From NCBI RefSeq assembly GCF_001194135.2, contig NC_068994.1, forward strand, positions 52,624,598-52,688,597: 64,000 nt of DNA. The letters are read 5' to 3'. The DNA comes from Octopus bimaculoides (lineage: Eukaryota). Below are positions 26,805 through 39,323 of the stretch, piece by piece; positions within the stretch are counted from its first letter, which is position 1; each line of letters begins with the position of its first letter. A program made the translations under genes and the position numbers. The notes below the pieces were generated by a model. That model saw nothing but the letters and a program-made list of their open reading frames with translations. It was not told the DNA's origin and searched no databases.

Positions 26805-27119
26805 ATATAAATGTATATATGTATATATACATATGCTTGTGTGTCTATATGTGTGTATGCATATATAATTCTATACAACGACTGCAATTGCACACACACA
26901 CGCTTTACACTGTCCAAATGAATTGTTTGACGCATCGTCTGTATGAATGTAGGTGGCATAATCGCACTAATCGGCAAAAGTCATTTTTGCGATGAAATTT
27001 CGATTCCTATTCGCTGCGATTTACGCACCAATATTTTATATTTGCATTTGATAATTCGTCTACATATGAGTTCACTATGCACATCAGCCAAGCTTTGCTT
27101 CGCTAGACTGTGCTATTCT

Positions 27120-27332
27120 CTTTTTCCGTTTACTTGTTTCAGTTATACGATTACGGCCATGCTCCAGTATGGCATTTTAGTCGAAGACATCGACCACGAA
27201 GAGTGTTCTTTGTCAGCCTAGTACTTATTCTATCGGTCACTTTTTGCCGAAACGCTACTTTACGGGGACGTAAACAACGGTTGTCAAGCGATAGTTGTGG
27301 TGGTGGTGCGTGTATACACAGACACAAAGACA
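27120..27332 (-). mobile_element. SINE family A 3' half
   Basis: cctagtacttattctatcggtcactttttgccgaa...tacggggacgtaaaca...ggttgtcaagcg. Confidence 0.8.
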
Positions 27333-27994
27333 TCCAATAGCGATCGAAAGAAAAATGTACCAGTTAAGCACTGCGGTCGATGTAACGGACTTATTCCCCA
27401 TACCCGAAATTGCTCGCCTTACCCCAATATTTTCTGCACATTCCAAGCTGACCGCAATCTATTGACTGATATCCATAAAAGAAAGGGATATAGCGTGTAT
27501 GCCTCTCTGTCTATACTTGGTACAGTATATATGTGTGTTTGTATGTGTGTTTGTGTGTATGTTTGTGTGTGTGTGCGTGCCGCGCACGCGCGCACGCGAG
27601 CGTATATACATTGCACAAACGCACACACGAACACACGCATATATATACACATAACATACATGTATGAATACATATATATATATATAAATATACAGACATA
27701 CATATATGTATGTATGTATGTATATATATTCGTAAATATTCATCATATCATCATTATCAAGTTATGCATAAACCTAAAGGCTAAACGTATGTGTATGTCA
27801 CCACACCATGAAATCTCTAGTGTCTGAATGAGCTGTAANNNNNNNNNNNNNNNNNNNNNNNNNNNNNNNNNNNNNNNNNNNNNNNNNNNNNNNNNNNNNN
27901 NNNNNNNNNNNNNNNNNNNNNNNNNNNNNNNNNNNNNNNNNNNNNNNNNNNNNNNNNNNNNNNNNNNNNNNNNNNNNNNNNNNNNNNNNNNNNN

Positions 27995-28039
<45 letters not shown>

Positions 28040-30075
28040 GTATGTATGTATGTATGTATGTATATATATTCGTAAATATTCATCATATCATCATTATCAA
28101 GTTATGCATAAACCTAAAGGCTAAACGTATGTGTATGTCACCACACCATGAAATCTCTAGTGTCTGAATGAGCTGTAAAATCCCCGTATGAAAAATGATA
28201 AACAAGGTTATGTTTTATTAAATATGGTGCTACAATCTCTTGGGAGTGCTAAGCTTTAAAAGTCACAGTTACATTGTCTGTAATGTTTTCTTTCTTCCTC
28301 TAATGTTGTGAACCTTTGCACTCTTATATATGTCACTCAAAACTTATTTCTAGCGTTAAGTGGTGACGGCACCCCACAGTAATTAAAATGTATGAAGATC
28401 AAAATGTTATGTGCGTCTAATAATCTAAATGTCATTCCACTCATCTGATCATTGTTAATTTTTTGGGAGATTACTATCACTTGTCACTTTTTTAATCAAT
28501 TAATATCCCGCATTAGTAAAACTAATCAATTATAAAAGCATACTGATATAATTTTATCGAATCTTGGCTTTATCTTGCTGTTTCCGCTTTCCTAGTTTAA
28601 TTCTTGCTTTAACACTTTCATGAAGCGAACAATAAGATTCAACAAGCGGAGGTAGAAGGAAATACAAATTAACTACGACCTCCCTCTTCTACATAACAGT
28701 GCACTATTTAGTTAGAAATAACTGTAATATGGTTGAGCAAGCCTTAGAGATATTAGTCTCATGGTTAAAGCAACACTGACAACTCCTAATTAGTTAGAAT
28801 TTCTACTCTTAGGCACAACCAACCAAGTCATTAAATTATTTACTTTATTCCCAGAATATATGAGAGGCATATTTTAAAAGTGATTACTGCTTTGTTATTT
28901 CGAAGCTGTAGCAGAACATTGATCGCTCGTCCAGTTTATATTAGCCGAGATGTTCGAGCGAATACAATGGGCTCTAAACAACAATTTATTCGCTTTATTT
29001 TAAGGTTTTTTTACAGCAGGTTTGGTTCATTTCCACCTTTTGCTCGAAACTGACCTTATTAACTAATGCTAATATTTTTCTTATCTCTATCTTTAATGTT
29101 GAAACGATACGACATGAATAGCTGATTAGACTTGAGAAGAATTTGTTGCCCATAAGGTTTTGGAATATTAACACAACCGTCACTCCCCTTCTTGCAACTG
29201 TCGATCAATAGATGTGTATCAGACATTTCAAAGTGGCCCCTTACCTAGTTACTAAGATATTAATCAAAATTTGTAATGCATCTGCTTCATTCACATGATT
29301 TAAATTAACTATCGGTATTCAGGTTTGGAGAGAAAAGAAACGTTCGATTATTAGAAGCAAGATTAATAAGATTCCAGCAGAGCGAAATATCTTTATTTGG
29401 AATTAAATAATCTTTAAGACAATCTTAAGCATGTTTCTCATTGCTTCGGACTCTAGGGACGTAAATGACGAAATTAAAGATGATTCTGGTTAAGATTCCA
29501 CAACACTCTGGGCATCCCAGGTCATTATAGATGATTGGGATGTGCATCGTGCTATATACACCGAATGTAATTGCCTCATTTCTTAATTAAAGATTTCAAG
29601 TCATAATTAAATTAATGATTTGCAGGTGTGAGAACAGATTAGTACCATGATATTTATTCATAAGGTTCTTGGCCGTTTGTAAGTGTTCATTTATTCCCAT
29701 GAGCAATTATGTATGCAATTATGTTCGACTGCGCAAGTGCACTAGCCATGCTTAATTGAAAAATTATTAATATAAACAAGTTAAATGAAACTTGCATCTT
29801 ACGGCGATAATATGAAATACCAATTTAGCTAACGACGCAATTACAGTATTATTGTAGATAATAATTAACCAAAGTTCCATATCCTATCACGGTTATTTTT
29901 TTGCTATTTGTGCACAGGATATTTCAGAATAAACATCTGAATTTATATAGCCCTAACATTCTCACATTCAGATTACTCTGTCAAATGTAATGCTTATTTA
30001 TGCAGGCTGTTTTGAACTAATCATGCATTATCTCGCAGCTTCGAGATTTCAACGAGAAAATAGTTTGTTTTTTAG

Positions 30076-30207
30076 AATGCGAGAAGCTAGATCTTGATGG
30101 TTTGAACATAGAAGAGATAGAATATTTTGACCAGATATGGTTGGTTTATATGCTACAGGATTCAATAAGCATTTCTGAAATAATAAGTTTTCCAGTCAGC
30201 GGGACAA
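30076..30207 (+). CDS. Candidate 132-nt internal coding exon, product unknown
   Basis: Acceptor tttgttttttag with ctaat branch-like site upstream; donor CAA|gtgagt; symmetric phase 1-1 and stop-free: (E)CEKLDLDGLNIEEIEYFDQIWLVYMLQDSISISEIISFPVSGT. Confidence 0.45.
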
Positions 30208-31366
30208 GTGAGTATTTCTGTAATGTAGAGAAGGAAATAAATTGTGTTTAGAGTAATAACAATTTCTACGATATTGAAAGAGTGACACAAAGCATTACAC
30301 AAAACGAGGAAGTGTAAGGATCGCTAAGAATGCTATGATACGGTCTTCGCTTTTTACAGTACATTGGACCACGATTGTGGGGTAAGTAAATACTTAAGGA
30401 ATCTCACTTCGATTTCGAGGTATCAGTCGCCAGATGTTAGTCGCTTTTCTGACAGTCAGAAAAAAGAACAAAAAATAATTAGACGATCTGTCGGCACTAA
30501 TACACAAAAAGATTTTGTATGGAAGAGATATGTTTTTCTGTTACAGCGACATTTCACCGATGCGCGCTTATACCTACACCCATGCACTGACACCCATACT
30601 CACATACACATCCACACATACACGCAGACACAGGCGAAAACATACACATACACACAGACACAAATACATACTCATATACGCATGCACACATACACGCAGA
30701 CACAGGCGAAAACATACACATACACACAGACACACAGACACGCATACTGTAAATGATACATGGCAAGCAAGTTCAAGGTGCGATACAGGTGTATGCATGA
30801 GTACAGGAGTATATGTGTGAGGAGCTGCTGCAAGGAGGGTGTGAAAAATGGAAAGGGAAGTAAGAAATCAGATTACAAGGTATTAAAAATACACGACACA
30901 GTTAGGAAGGATTAAAAAGTGTATTTGAGGATAACGAGGACATGGCGAAAGAGATTTACGAAGGTGGTGGGGGCACATGGGAAGTTAAGAGGAGGGTGAT
31001 TGTTGTGACGCATGCGCACGTGACGGAGTGAAAGGCTAACATGCATACGCATATACATACTTACACTCAGAGAGACAGACGAAGAGGCAGATAGAAAATA
31101 CGCGCGCGCACCACACGCACGCACACACAAACACACACACGCCCACATCAACACACACAAAGACACACGCACGCAAGTGTCCATTATCAGTAACTACATA
31201 CATTCAACGGAGCAAGTTACATGTAACGGATACCAAGCAGTTGCAGGGAGCGGCGCATCATAGTCTCTAATGGAAAAAAATTCCCCCAGGGTACTTATTC
31301 TTTTTAAGCTTAATGCTTTTCTGTCGGTTGATTCGTCTCACCGATAATTAGCATATATGCATAAAC

Positions 31367-31511
31367 AGCCGGAGGCGTGGCTGTGTGTTAAGTGGTTTGA
31401 TTCCCAACAACATGGATCCAGGTTCAGTCCCACTGTGTGGAACTTTGAGCAACTGCCTTCTACTATAGCCCCGATCTTGCCAAAGCCCTGTGGGTGGATT
31501 TGGCAGACGGA
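31367..31511 (+). mobile_element. SINE family A head (older copy)
   Basis: ggcgtggctgtgtgttaag...ggttcagtcccactgtgtgg...ctactatagccc...gtggatttggcagacgga. Confidence 0.85.
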
Positions 31512-31675
31512 GTAGGAGTGATTGTGTGGTAAGTAGCTTGCTTACCAACCACATGGTTCCGGGTTCATTCCTACTACGTGACACATTGGGCAAGTGTCTT
31601 CTACTATAGCCTCGGGCCGACCAAAGCCTTGTGAGTGGATTTGGTAGACCGAAACTGAAAGAAGCCTGTCGTATA
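31512..31675 (+). mobile_element. SINE family A head, directly abutting the previous copy and running into (TA)n and an N-gap
   Basis: Near-identical to 54127-54290. Confidence 0.9.
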
Positions 31676-32713
31676 TACATATATATATATANNNNNNNNN
31701 NNNNNNNNNNNNNNNNNNNNNNNNNNNNNNNNNNNNNNNNNNNNNNNNNNNNNNNNNNNNNNNNNNNNNNNNNNNNNNNNNNNNNNNNNNNNNNNNNNNN
31801 NNNNNNNNNNNNNNNNNNNNNNNNNNNNNNNNNNNNNNNNNNNNNNNNNNNNNNNNNNNNNNNNNNNNNNNNNNNNNNNNNNNNNNNNNNNNNNNNNNNN
31901 NNNNNNNNNNNNNNNNNNNNNNNNNNNNNNNNNNNNNNNNNNNNNNNNNNNNNNNNNNNNNNNNNNNNNNNNNNNNNNNNNNNNNNNNNNNNNNNNNNNN
32001 NNNNNNNNNNNNNNNNNNNNNNNNNNNNNNNNNNNNNNNNNNNNNNNNNNNNNNNNNNNNNNNNNNNNNNNNNNNNNNNNNNNNNNNNNNNNNNNNNNNN
32101 NNNNNNNNNNNNNNNNNNNNNNNNNNNNNNNNNNNNNNNNNNNNNNNNNNNATATATATATATATATAATTTTAAGTCACGGTATATGGAATCAAGTAAT
32201 CCGGTAGTACTCATTAAAAAAAGCTCGTTATAATAAGACATATAGAGTAAATAGTGCTTTAGAAAAAATATCTTTTCTTTTTTTATACTAATACTATGTC
32301 CTAGTTACTTGCTAATTATATTACTAAAATTCCCTTCTATTCATTACAAAACACTCTCATTAACTTATATAATTTTTTATGATTATTGCCTTCCATAATC
32401 TTTTGAACTTTCGACTTAACGTTCCTATAGCGTCACGTCGAAGATCTGCTATTTAACAAAGAATTTCTTTCACCCGAGGACGTAGTTTAAATTCTGCATT
32501 ATTTTGAAGGATTTTTTACATTACGCTTTAATGCAGGCATGTAAGCAATTTGTTATTAAATATAGTCATATAAATCATTTACATGTTTTTAAATTACGAA
32601 ATAATTTGTCGTGATATTAGAATTTTTTTTATTGTTAAATAAGTTTTATCAAACTATTTTTCTGTTATATATTATTTATATATGCTTGTCTTTTTTATCA
32701 TTTCGTTAACCAC

Positions 32714-32788
32714 TGACGTCATTAATAGTTAACTGCAAAATTGACATTTCTTGTTTTTAAAAAATATATTTGCTATCCAATGACGTCA
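32714..32788. promoter_or_regulatory. Pair of perfect CRE palindromes (TGACGTCA) with an overlapping CCAAT
   Basis: TGACGTCA at 32714-32721 and 32781-32788, CCAAT at 32777-32781, in non-repeat sequence. Confidence 0.35.
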
Positions 32789-34241
32789 CCATCAGTTGAA
32801 TGAAGCAATGTCTGAGCTGAATTCGCTGTAAGCGTTTCATTTTTTCTGTTAGTGTCAATCTACTGGTTATATTTAAGATTTTCAATTCGAATTACACTAA
32901 TTTNNNNNNNNNNAATGTAGAAGATAATTAAAAAAGATACTTGGTTCATTTCATTTGTATCAGAATTGGAAAAATAATACAAATTTAAAGATTAAAAGTT
33001 TAAGTTAGAAAAAATATACCTATAAGAACAATTTTAAAGGAACCACACCAACAAATCAACCTCAAAATATCTAAAAAGAAATTCTACATACGTTTCTATT
33101 CTAACAATGGTTTTGAATCAACAATAATTGTAACTTTTATAGATGTAATAAGCGATATATTGTTAGATCTCTTCAAGAAAAATAAGTATATTTTAGTCTC
33201 GAGTTACGAAATTACTTATTTGAATTTTCAAATATAAAGAAACCTGTTAGTAGGAGGAAGAGTTCATGTGATTAGAAATTTATCGTTTAAAATTTAGCTA
33301 ATATTGAACGTTGAAATGATGCTGAAAGATCAAATCTATTGGAAAAATGTATTTTATATTTTATTTAAATTTAAATTTATTTATGAAAGTTCATGGGACG
33401 GAGATTGTAGAAAGGTGGGTGTACCCTATCATGAGTGGTGTAATATACGAAGAATTGTACTGAGAAATGTAAATAAAAATTGAATGAATAACACTGGTGT
33501 TATTTTTTATATTGTCATTTTAATTTTACGAGACTGTTTATACATACAACTTTCTATCAATCTATTCGTTTAAACCCATCTGCCATCTGGATTGTTTTGA
33601 ACAATCCTTTGCGTGGATATTGCTTCCTCTAATTCTGAGAGTGTATATATATATATATATATATATNNNNNNNNNNNNNNNNNNNNNNNNNNNNNNNNNN
33701 NNNNNNNNNNNNNNNNNNNNNNNNNNNNNNNNNNNNNNNNNNNNNNNNNNNNNNNNNNNNNNNNNNNNNNNNNNNNNNNNNNNNNNNNNNNNNNNNNNNN
33801 NNNNNNNNNNNNNNNNNNNNNNNNNNNNNNNNNNNNNNNNNNNNNNNNNNNNNNNNNNNNNNNNNNNNNNNNNNNNNNNNNCGTTACTCTTATTGGTAGT
33901 AAAATAATATGGAAAAAAATAATAAAAATACACGTAACCAGATTCTCACTATACATAGACATAAATCCCCTCCGTTCACAGCGTCTATATACGCACACAC
34001 TCACAGAAACATCTATACGTACATGCACATACAAACACACACACAAACATATTTTGTTCAACGGTTTTTCATGGCGTCTGTTGCCATTCATAGCCGACGA
34101 GAATGTATCGTAGCTCTCCATTCCGACATTCGAAACTCCGAGAACTACAATGACAAACTTTCACTGTTTATTGTACATTATAACATATATAAATAACCTT
34201 TTATTTATCTAATATCTAAATCTCGTTCTTTTGTTGTTACC

Positions 34242-34244
<3 letters not shown>

Positions 34245-34307
<63 letters not shown>
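34245..34307. repeat. (ATT)n microsatellite
   Basis: Read directly from the sequence. Confidence 0.95.
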
Positions 34308-35859
34308 GATATATTTAGTGAAAGAGAGAGCGAGAGAGAGAGAGAGTGATGGAGATAAAGACTGTTAGACTTGATATAAGGACTTATCAGAAGCATACGC
34401 ATAAAAAATAATACACATTCAAATCTGAAGAAATTATATGTAATCTCTAAACGCGACTGCTGCTCAGAACGCTAAGTGTGGGAGTGTGTGTATGTGTGTG
34501 CGTGTGTGTGCGTATGTGTACTTGTGGGTACATGTGTGTGTGGTTTATGTGTTTGTGGATATATGTTCTTAGTCGTGCATATACACAAGTAACTCGTTCA
34601 AAAAAAAAAAAGCCAAAGGAACGTGCATTCACAATATTCACACAATAGATTAAAACGCTCTCTTCCGAGAATCATATGATCATAAATCATTGATTGAAAA
34701 TCACGTGATTATCAAAAGGTTACAGCATCAGCACGTGTTTGGTTTACAGCATTTCCTCCGAGGGGAAATGGTGAAGACTGTCGCGTCAGTCATTGAAATA
34801 ATTACCCCAAGATGCCACTCAGAGAAACAGAAAACAGATGAAAGGTGAACAGAGGTAGCAGAAACGTGGAAGAATCGGGGTTAAATTCAAATCGATATTT
34901 ATCACTCATGCAATTAAACTTCTTTGTGAGTGTGTGTGCGCGTGTTGAGTGAGTGTGTGAGTGTAAGTTTCTGTTTGAATATACCCGGTGCTTCAAACAT
35001 ACTCCAAATATATATATATAAATTGAAAATTGTTTCATCTTTTAGCATCAAAATGTGGTGGCATTACTAGAGTCACTTATCATATAAGAAGGATGTATAT
35101 ATTATATATATATATATCAAATTTATTTATAATTTGATAATACGTACATAAACGCACACACACACTGAATCAGAGAAACACGCATATACACACAAAATTA
35201 TACAGATCAAAAGAGTAATTTAAATTGGGTATCATCAAAAAGAAACAACATCCCGCTCAGGAATAATGTATATTTATAGTTATATAAATATGTATGTCTG
35301 TGTGTCTACAAGAGAGAGAGAGAGCGAGAGAGAGAGAGAGTGAGAGAGCGAGAAAGAGGGTATTTGTGTTCGTGAGTATAGGAGTGTATGTATATTTGTA
35401 TATGTATACTTCTGTGTATTTATATATATGCTATATATGTGTACGCGCGCGTGTGTGTATATTTGCTTATATATATGCGTGCATGCGTGCATGTATGCTC
35501 ACACGCACGCATATCTGCATGTACATAAATACATATACATATGCATTTGCGTAATGGGGTGAGCGTTTGTTTCGGTGTTTCAGTGTACATGTATATANNN
35601 NNNNNNNNNNNNNNNNNNNNNNNNNNNNNNNNNNNNNNNNNNNNNNNNNNNNNNNNNNNNNNNNNNNNNNNNNNNNNNNNNNNNNNNNNNNNNNNNNNNN
35701 NNNNNNNNNNNNNNNNNNNNNNNNNNNCATCAATTATGCTAGAGATAGACCATCTACGGTCAAACCACAAAAGAAAAGAATGGTCTCTAGGGAAATTCAG
35801 CGTACACCAGAACATGAGCGGGCAAGACAAATAAAAATATACAAAATAAAGAAGTAATC

Positions 35860-36070
35860 GTGTTTGTGTTTCACAACGCGCGCGTTTGACAATTGATGCT
35901 GGTATGTTTATGTCCTCGTAACTTAGCGGTTCGGAAAATGTAATCGATAGATTAAGTACTAGGCTTACAAAGTGCAAGACCTGGAGTCCATTTCTTTAGC
36001 AAACACCATTTAAGGCGGTGCTCCAGCATGGCCGCAGTCAAATGCTCGAAACAATTAAAAGAATAAAAGA
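35860..36070 (+). mobile_element. SINE family A 3' half
   Basis: gtaacttagcggttcgg...aagtactaggcttacaaag...aggcggtgctccagcatggccgcagtcaaatg...aaaagaataaaaga. Confidence 0.85.
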
Positions 36071-36109
<39 letters not shown>

Positions 36110-36649
36110 CATATGTATTATGTGGTAATGTTTCAACTGCTAAGAGAGTAAAGAATTGTGGTTTTAAATTTATGATTATACAGATGTGTGTGTATGTGTG
36201 ACTATGTGTGTGTGATTATCTATGTGTGTGTGTGTGTGTGTGCGCGCGCTTTAACGTATGTATTTAGATGCACATATATCCGCTCGGCTATGTGGCTAAC
36301 AATGCTCTATTTCTAACCACGTGGCGTCGTACTCACTTACACTGCGTCACACACTAGACAAGTAGTTTCTACTACATCTCAGGCCGACGAATGGGATATG
36401 AATGAATTTGGTGGCAAGCTGAGTATTCGCGGTTTGGGTCGTAAATATATAGTTGCCTGAGTACTTTGTTCGTTCCCAGCATTGTCTGTCAGCTGCTGGT
36501 GGTTTGTTCACATCCACATAATTTTGCATTTCGGCAAAAGTGATCGATAATAAAGTACCTGATTCTACATTAAGAACTGGGGTAGATTTATTCAATAATC
36601 TCAGCAAGCTGCAGCTCGTCCCCAGTTCAGTGACTGAAACAAGAAACAG

Positions 36650-36687
<38 letters not shown>

Positions 36688-38094
36688 GAGTGAGAGAGAG
36701 GGAGAGAGAGAAAAAGGAGACCAAGATTATAAGAGTAAGATGGAGAGAGGGGGCGTATTTGTGTATATACTTGCGTGAGTTAACATGGAAGAAGCGACAT
36801 AAAACCGGGTTTGCTTTTCATATCAAATATCCTTTGATATGAGGTCAACATATCTTGTTAATTCTCTAGATGAATGATCTCAAAAGTTATATCATGTGTT
36901 TAAACAAGGTATATGCTTATTATTGCATCGAGGAAAAAAGGCAGAATATAATCGAGGAATTAGATAGTTTTACTGTAACTTAGACTTTGATAATCGTGAT
37001 GGTACGTCTTGAAAGGTTTCTTATGTTAAGAATTTAATATAAAAGAAGATAACGTCAGAACATCTGAGTTTGAATTTACGTTCTTTGCTACACAAAGAGA
37101 CGAAGTTAAGAGATGTACTGATATGATATATATATATACATATATAGAAACAAAATAATTTCATTCGCCTGTTATCCCTGGAGTCTATTGTATTAATTCT
37201 ATCCACTGCTCAAACGAATAGTAATCCGGAGATTGCTTTATCCAACAAATATCCGTAGCTTCTACAATTGTAACCAAGGAGAATGGTGTGATCGAGTACT
37301 TTCATCACTTTAGTTTCATCGGCTGTAGATCCTATGAGTGTTGCTCTTTTGCGTAATAATATACGTAATCATTGATTCATGAGGTGTTATTGGCACAAAT
37401 TAAAATCTGTCTCTCCGGTATCAACCATAACGTTAATATTTATACACCCATTCACATGCACACATACTCACACACAAACGCATACACATTCGCAATCACA
37501 TGCACACCAGCGCGAAAGCTCAATCTTGTATTTCTAAATGCATACGCTGAATGCTATATCAATTCAATGTGTGTTTGCGTATCTGTATACGTGTCTGCGG
37601 GTTTGTATGTGTGTATGCATAGTTGTAATAAAACACAGAAAACATAGTTGGTAATTTATGAGTTATAAATCATACACATATTTCGTTATACCAACTGGAA
37701 CGATTACATAATTATTTGTTGAATATTACATAATCTTATTAAAGTTCCCCATCGGTACTTAGTGAAACTATGAACGATATAGTTTTAAACTACCAAATAT
37801 ATATCTTTATGTAACTAATTATAAACAACGTTAGTGGAATCGTGGAACACTTGGCTACAGTGAGTGTAGTAGGAGATAGTAAATACAACACAGAATGATC
37901 GAAGCCACGCCATGTCATACCGATATCGGCGGATACGAATACACATTCACTATCATTGCCTTGCATGTGCAATAATGAAAAGAGAAGGAGAATCCCGTAA
38001 AATTTGTGAGCGAAAGTATCGACAAACCGAAGAACAACAGCTACATCAATGCCAGTCCCAGTGACCCAACAATGGCTATAATAATTATAATAGT

Positions 38095-38521
38095 CCTTTC
38101 TTCTATAGGCTCAAGGCCTGAAATGTTGGGCAGAGGGCTAGTGGATTACACTAACCCCAGTGTTTGACTGGTAATTAATTCATTGGTCCTGATACGATTA
38201 AAGGGATAGTAGATCTCGCGAGAATTTAAACAGAGGACGTAAAGACGACCGACATGCCGCTAAGCATTTTGTTCAGCGTGTTAACCATTTGCCAGCTCAC
38301 AAGGTCAATGACATTATTAATGGTTTTTAATGCCAGTAAATACGAGAGGGTGCGTTAGTCGATTTCACCGACGCCAGTGCACAAATGGTACTTCTTTTAT
38401 CTAATTCGAGAGGCTGAAAGGCAAAGTTACCCACGGCGGAATTTGAACTCAGACGTAGCGACGGGCGAAATACTGCTAAGCATTTCGTCCAGCATGTTAA
38501 CGCCTTTGAGAGCTCGCTACC
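38095..38521 (-). mobile_element. Two tandem co-oriented SINE family B copies (about 38095-38300 and 38350-38521)
   Basis: cctttcttctataggctcaaggcctgaaat terminus; gaaaggcaaagttacccacggcggaatttgaactcagacgtagcgacgggcgaaatactgctaagcatttcgtcc. Confidence 0.8.
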
Positions 38522-38539
38522 TTACTACCTAAATAATGA

Positions 38540-38638
38540 TGGTTGAAGGAGGTTGAAATAGATCATCCGGTAGAGCTCTTACAGAAAGTTTGTCTCTTAG
38601 GAACAGCAAGGATTATCAGGAGGGTTCTAAGCACTTGA
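38540..38638 (+). mobile_element. RLE-type non-LTR retrotransposon (R4/Dong-like), extreme C-terminus, 5'-truncated
   Basis: WLKEVEIDHPVELLQKVCLLGTARIIRRVLST* matches the typical LQK..LLGTARI.R.VL end of RLE-element ORFs. Confidence 0.75.
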
Positions 38639-38780
38639 AAGACAGCAGAAAACTTGTGGATACCTAATGGGTCTACAAACGCAATATCCTTGCATATCTC
38701 ACATTTATTTTCATTCCTCCACTTCACTCTCTATTTCGTATGTTATCTAAATTAACTATTGCTTAACCATCTTCTCACCC

Positions 38781-38830
38781 CGTCTCCGAAGAAGGGATAT
38801 AATAAATATCCTGGAAACAGCTGTAAAACC
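38781..38830 (+). ncRNA. Minimal type-I hammerhead ribozyme-like motif (degenerate)
   Basis: CCGAAGA core (cf. CUGANGA), stem II GGGATAT/ATATCCT, GAAAC, palindromic stem III ACAGCTGT, GUA cleavage triplet; stem I gtct/aaac has one mismatch. Confidence 0.55.
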
Positions 38831-39078
38831 TTCTATTTATAAATGTCCTAAGATCTTCACAGGTTTGTTATTTTTGTCTCATTCTGAAAAAAAAAATTAT
38901 ATATACAATATACATATGAAAATACATATACATACATATACATATATACATATAAATATTCTAAATATTGTATATAAGTCTCTGTATCAATACACAACCA
39001 CACTCACACACGTACATACATACATAAATACATACATACATACATACATATATACACACACACACACACAGACACACA

Positions 39079-39125
<47 letters not shown>

Positions 39126-39240
39126 GAATATGTTTGTGCATATTATGCATACGCTAAATATAGGTTTAATATTTAATTCCGAATGTGTGTATGTATATAT
39201 ATATATACTTTTACTTTGCTGATGCTAACGTTGTAATTTC

Positions 39241-39256
39241 TACTACTACTACTGAA

Positions 39257-39322
<66 letters not shown>
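39241..39322. repeat. (CTA)n microsatellite
   Basis: Read directly from the sequence. Confidence 0.95.

Positions 39323-39323
<1 letters not shown>

Noticed and set aside
27423-27465. 43-nt minus-strand exon candidate (SIDCGQLGMCRKYW), phase-compatible with 18907
   Set aside because: The donor lies at the decayed 3' end of a SINE B remnant, so a chance splice signal is likely.
29626-29678. AG/GT-bounded 53-nt segment
   Set aside because: It has stops in all three frames.
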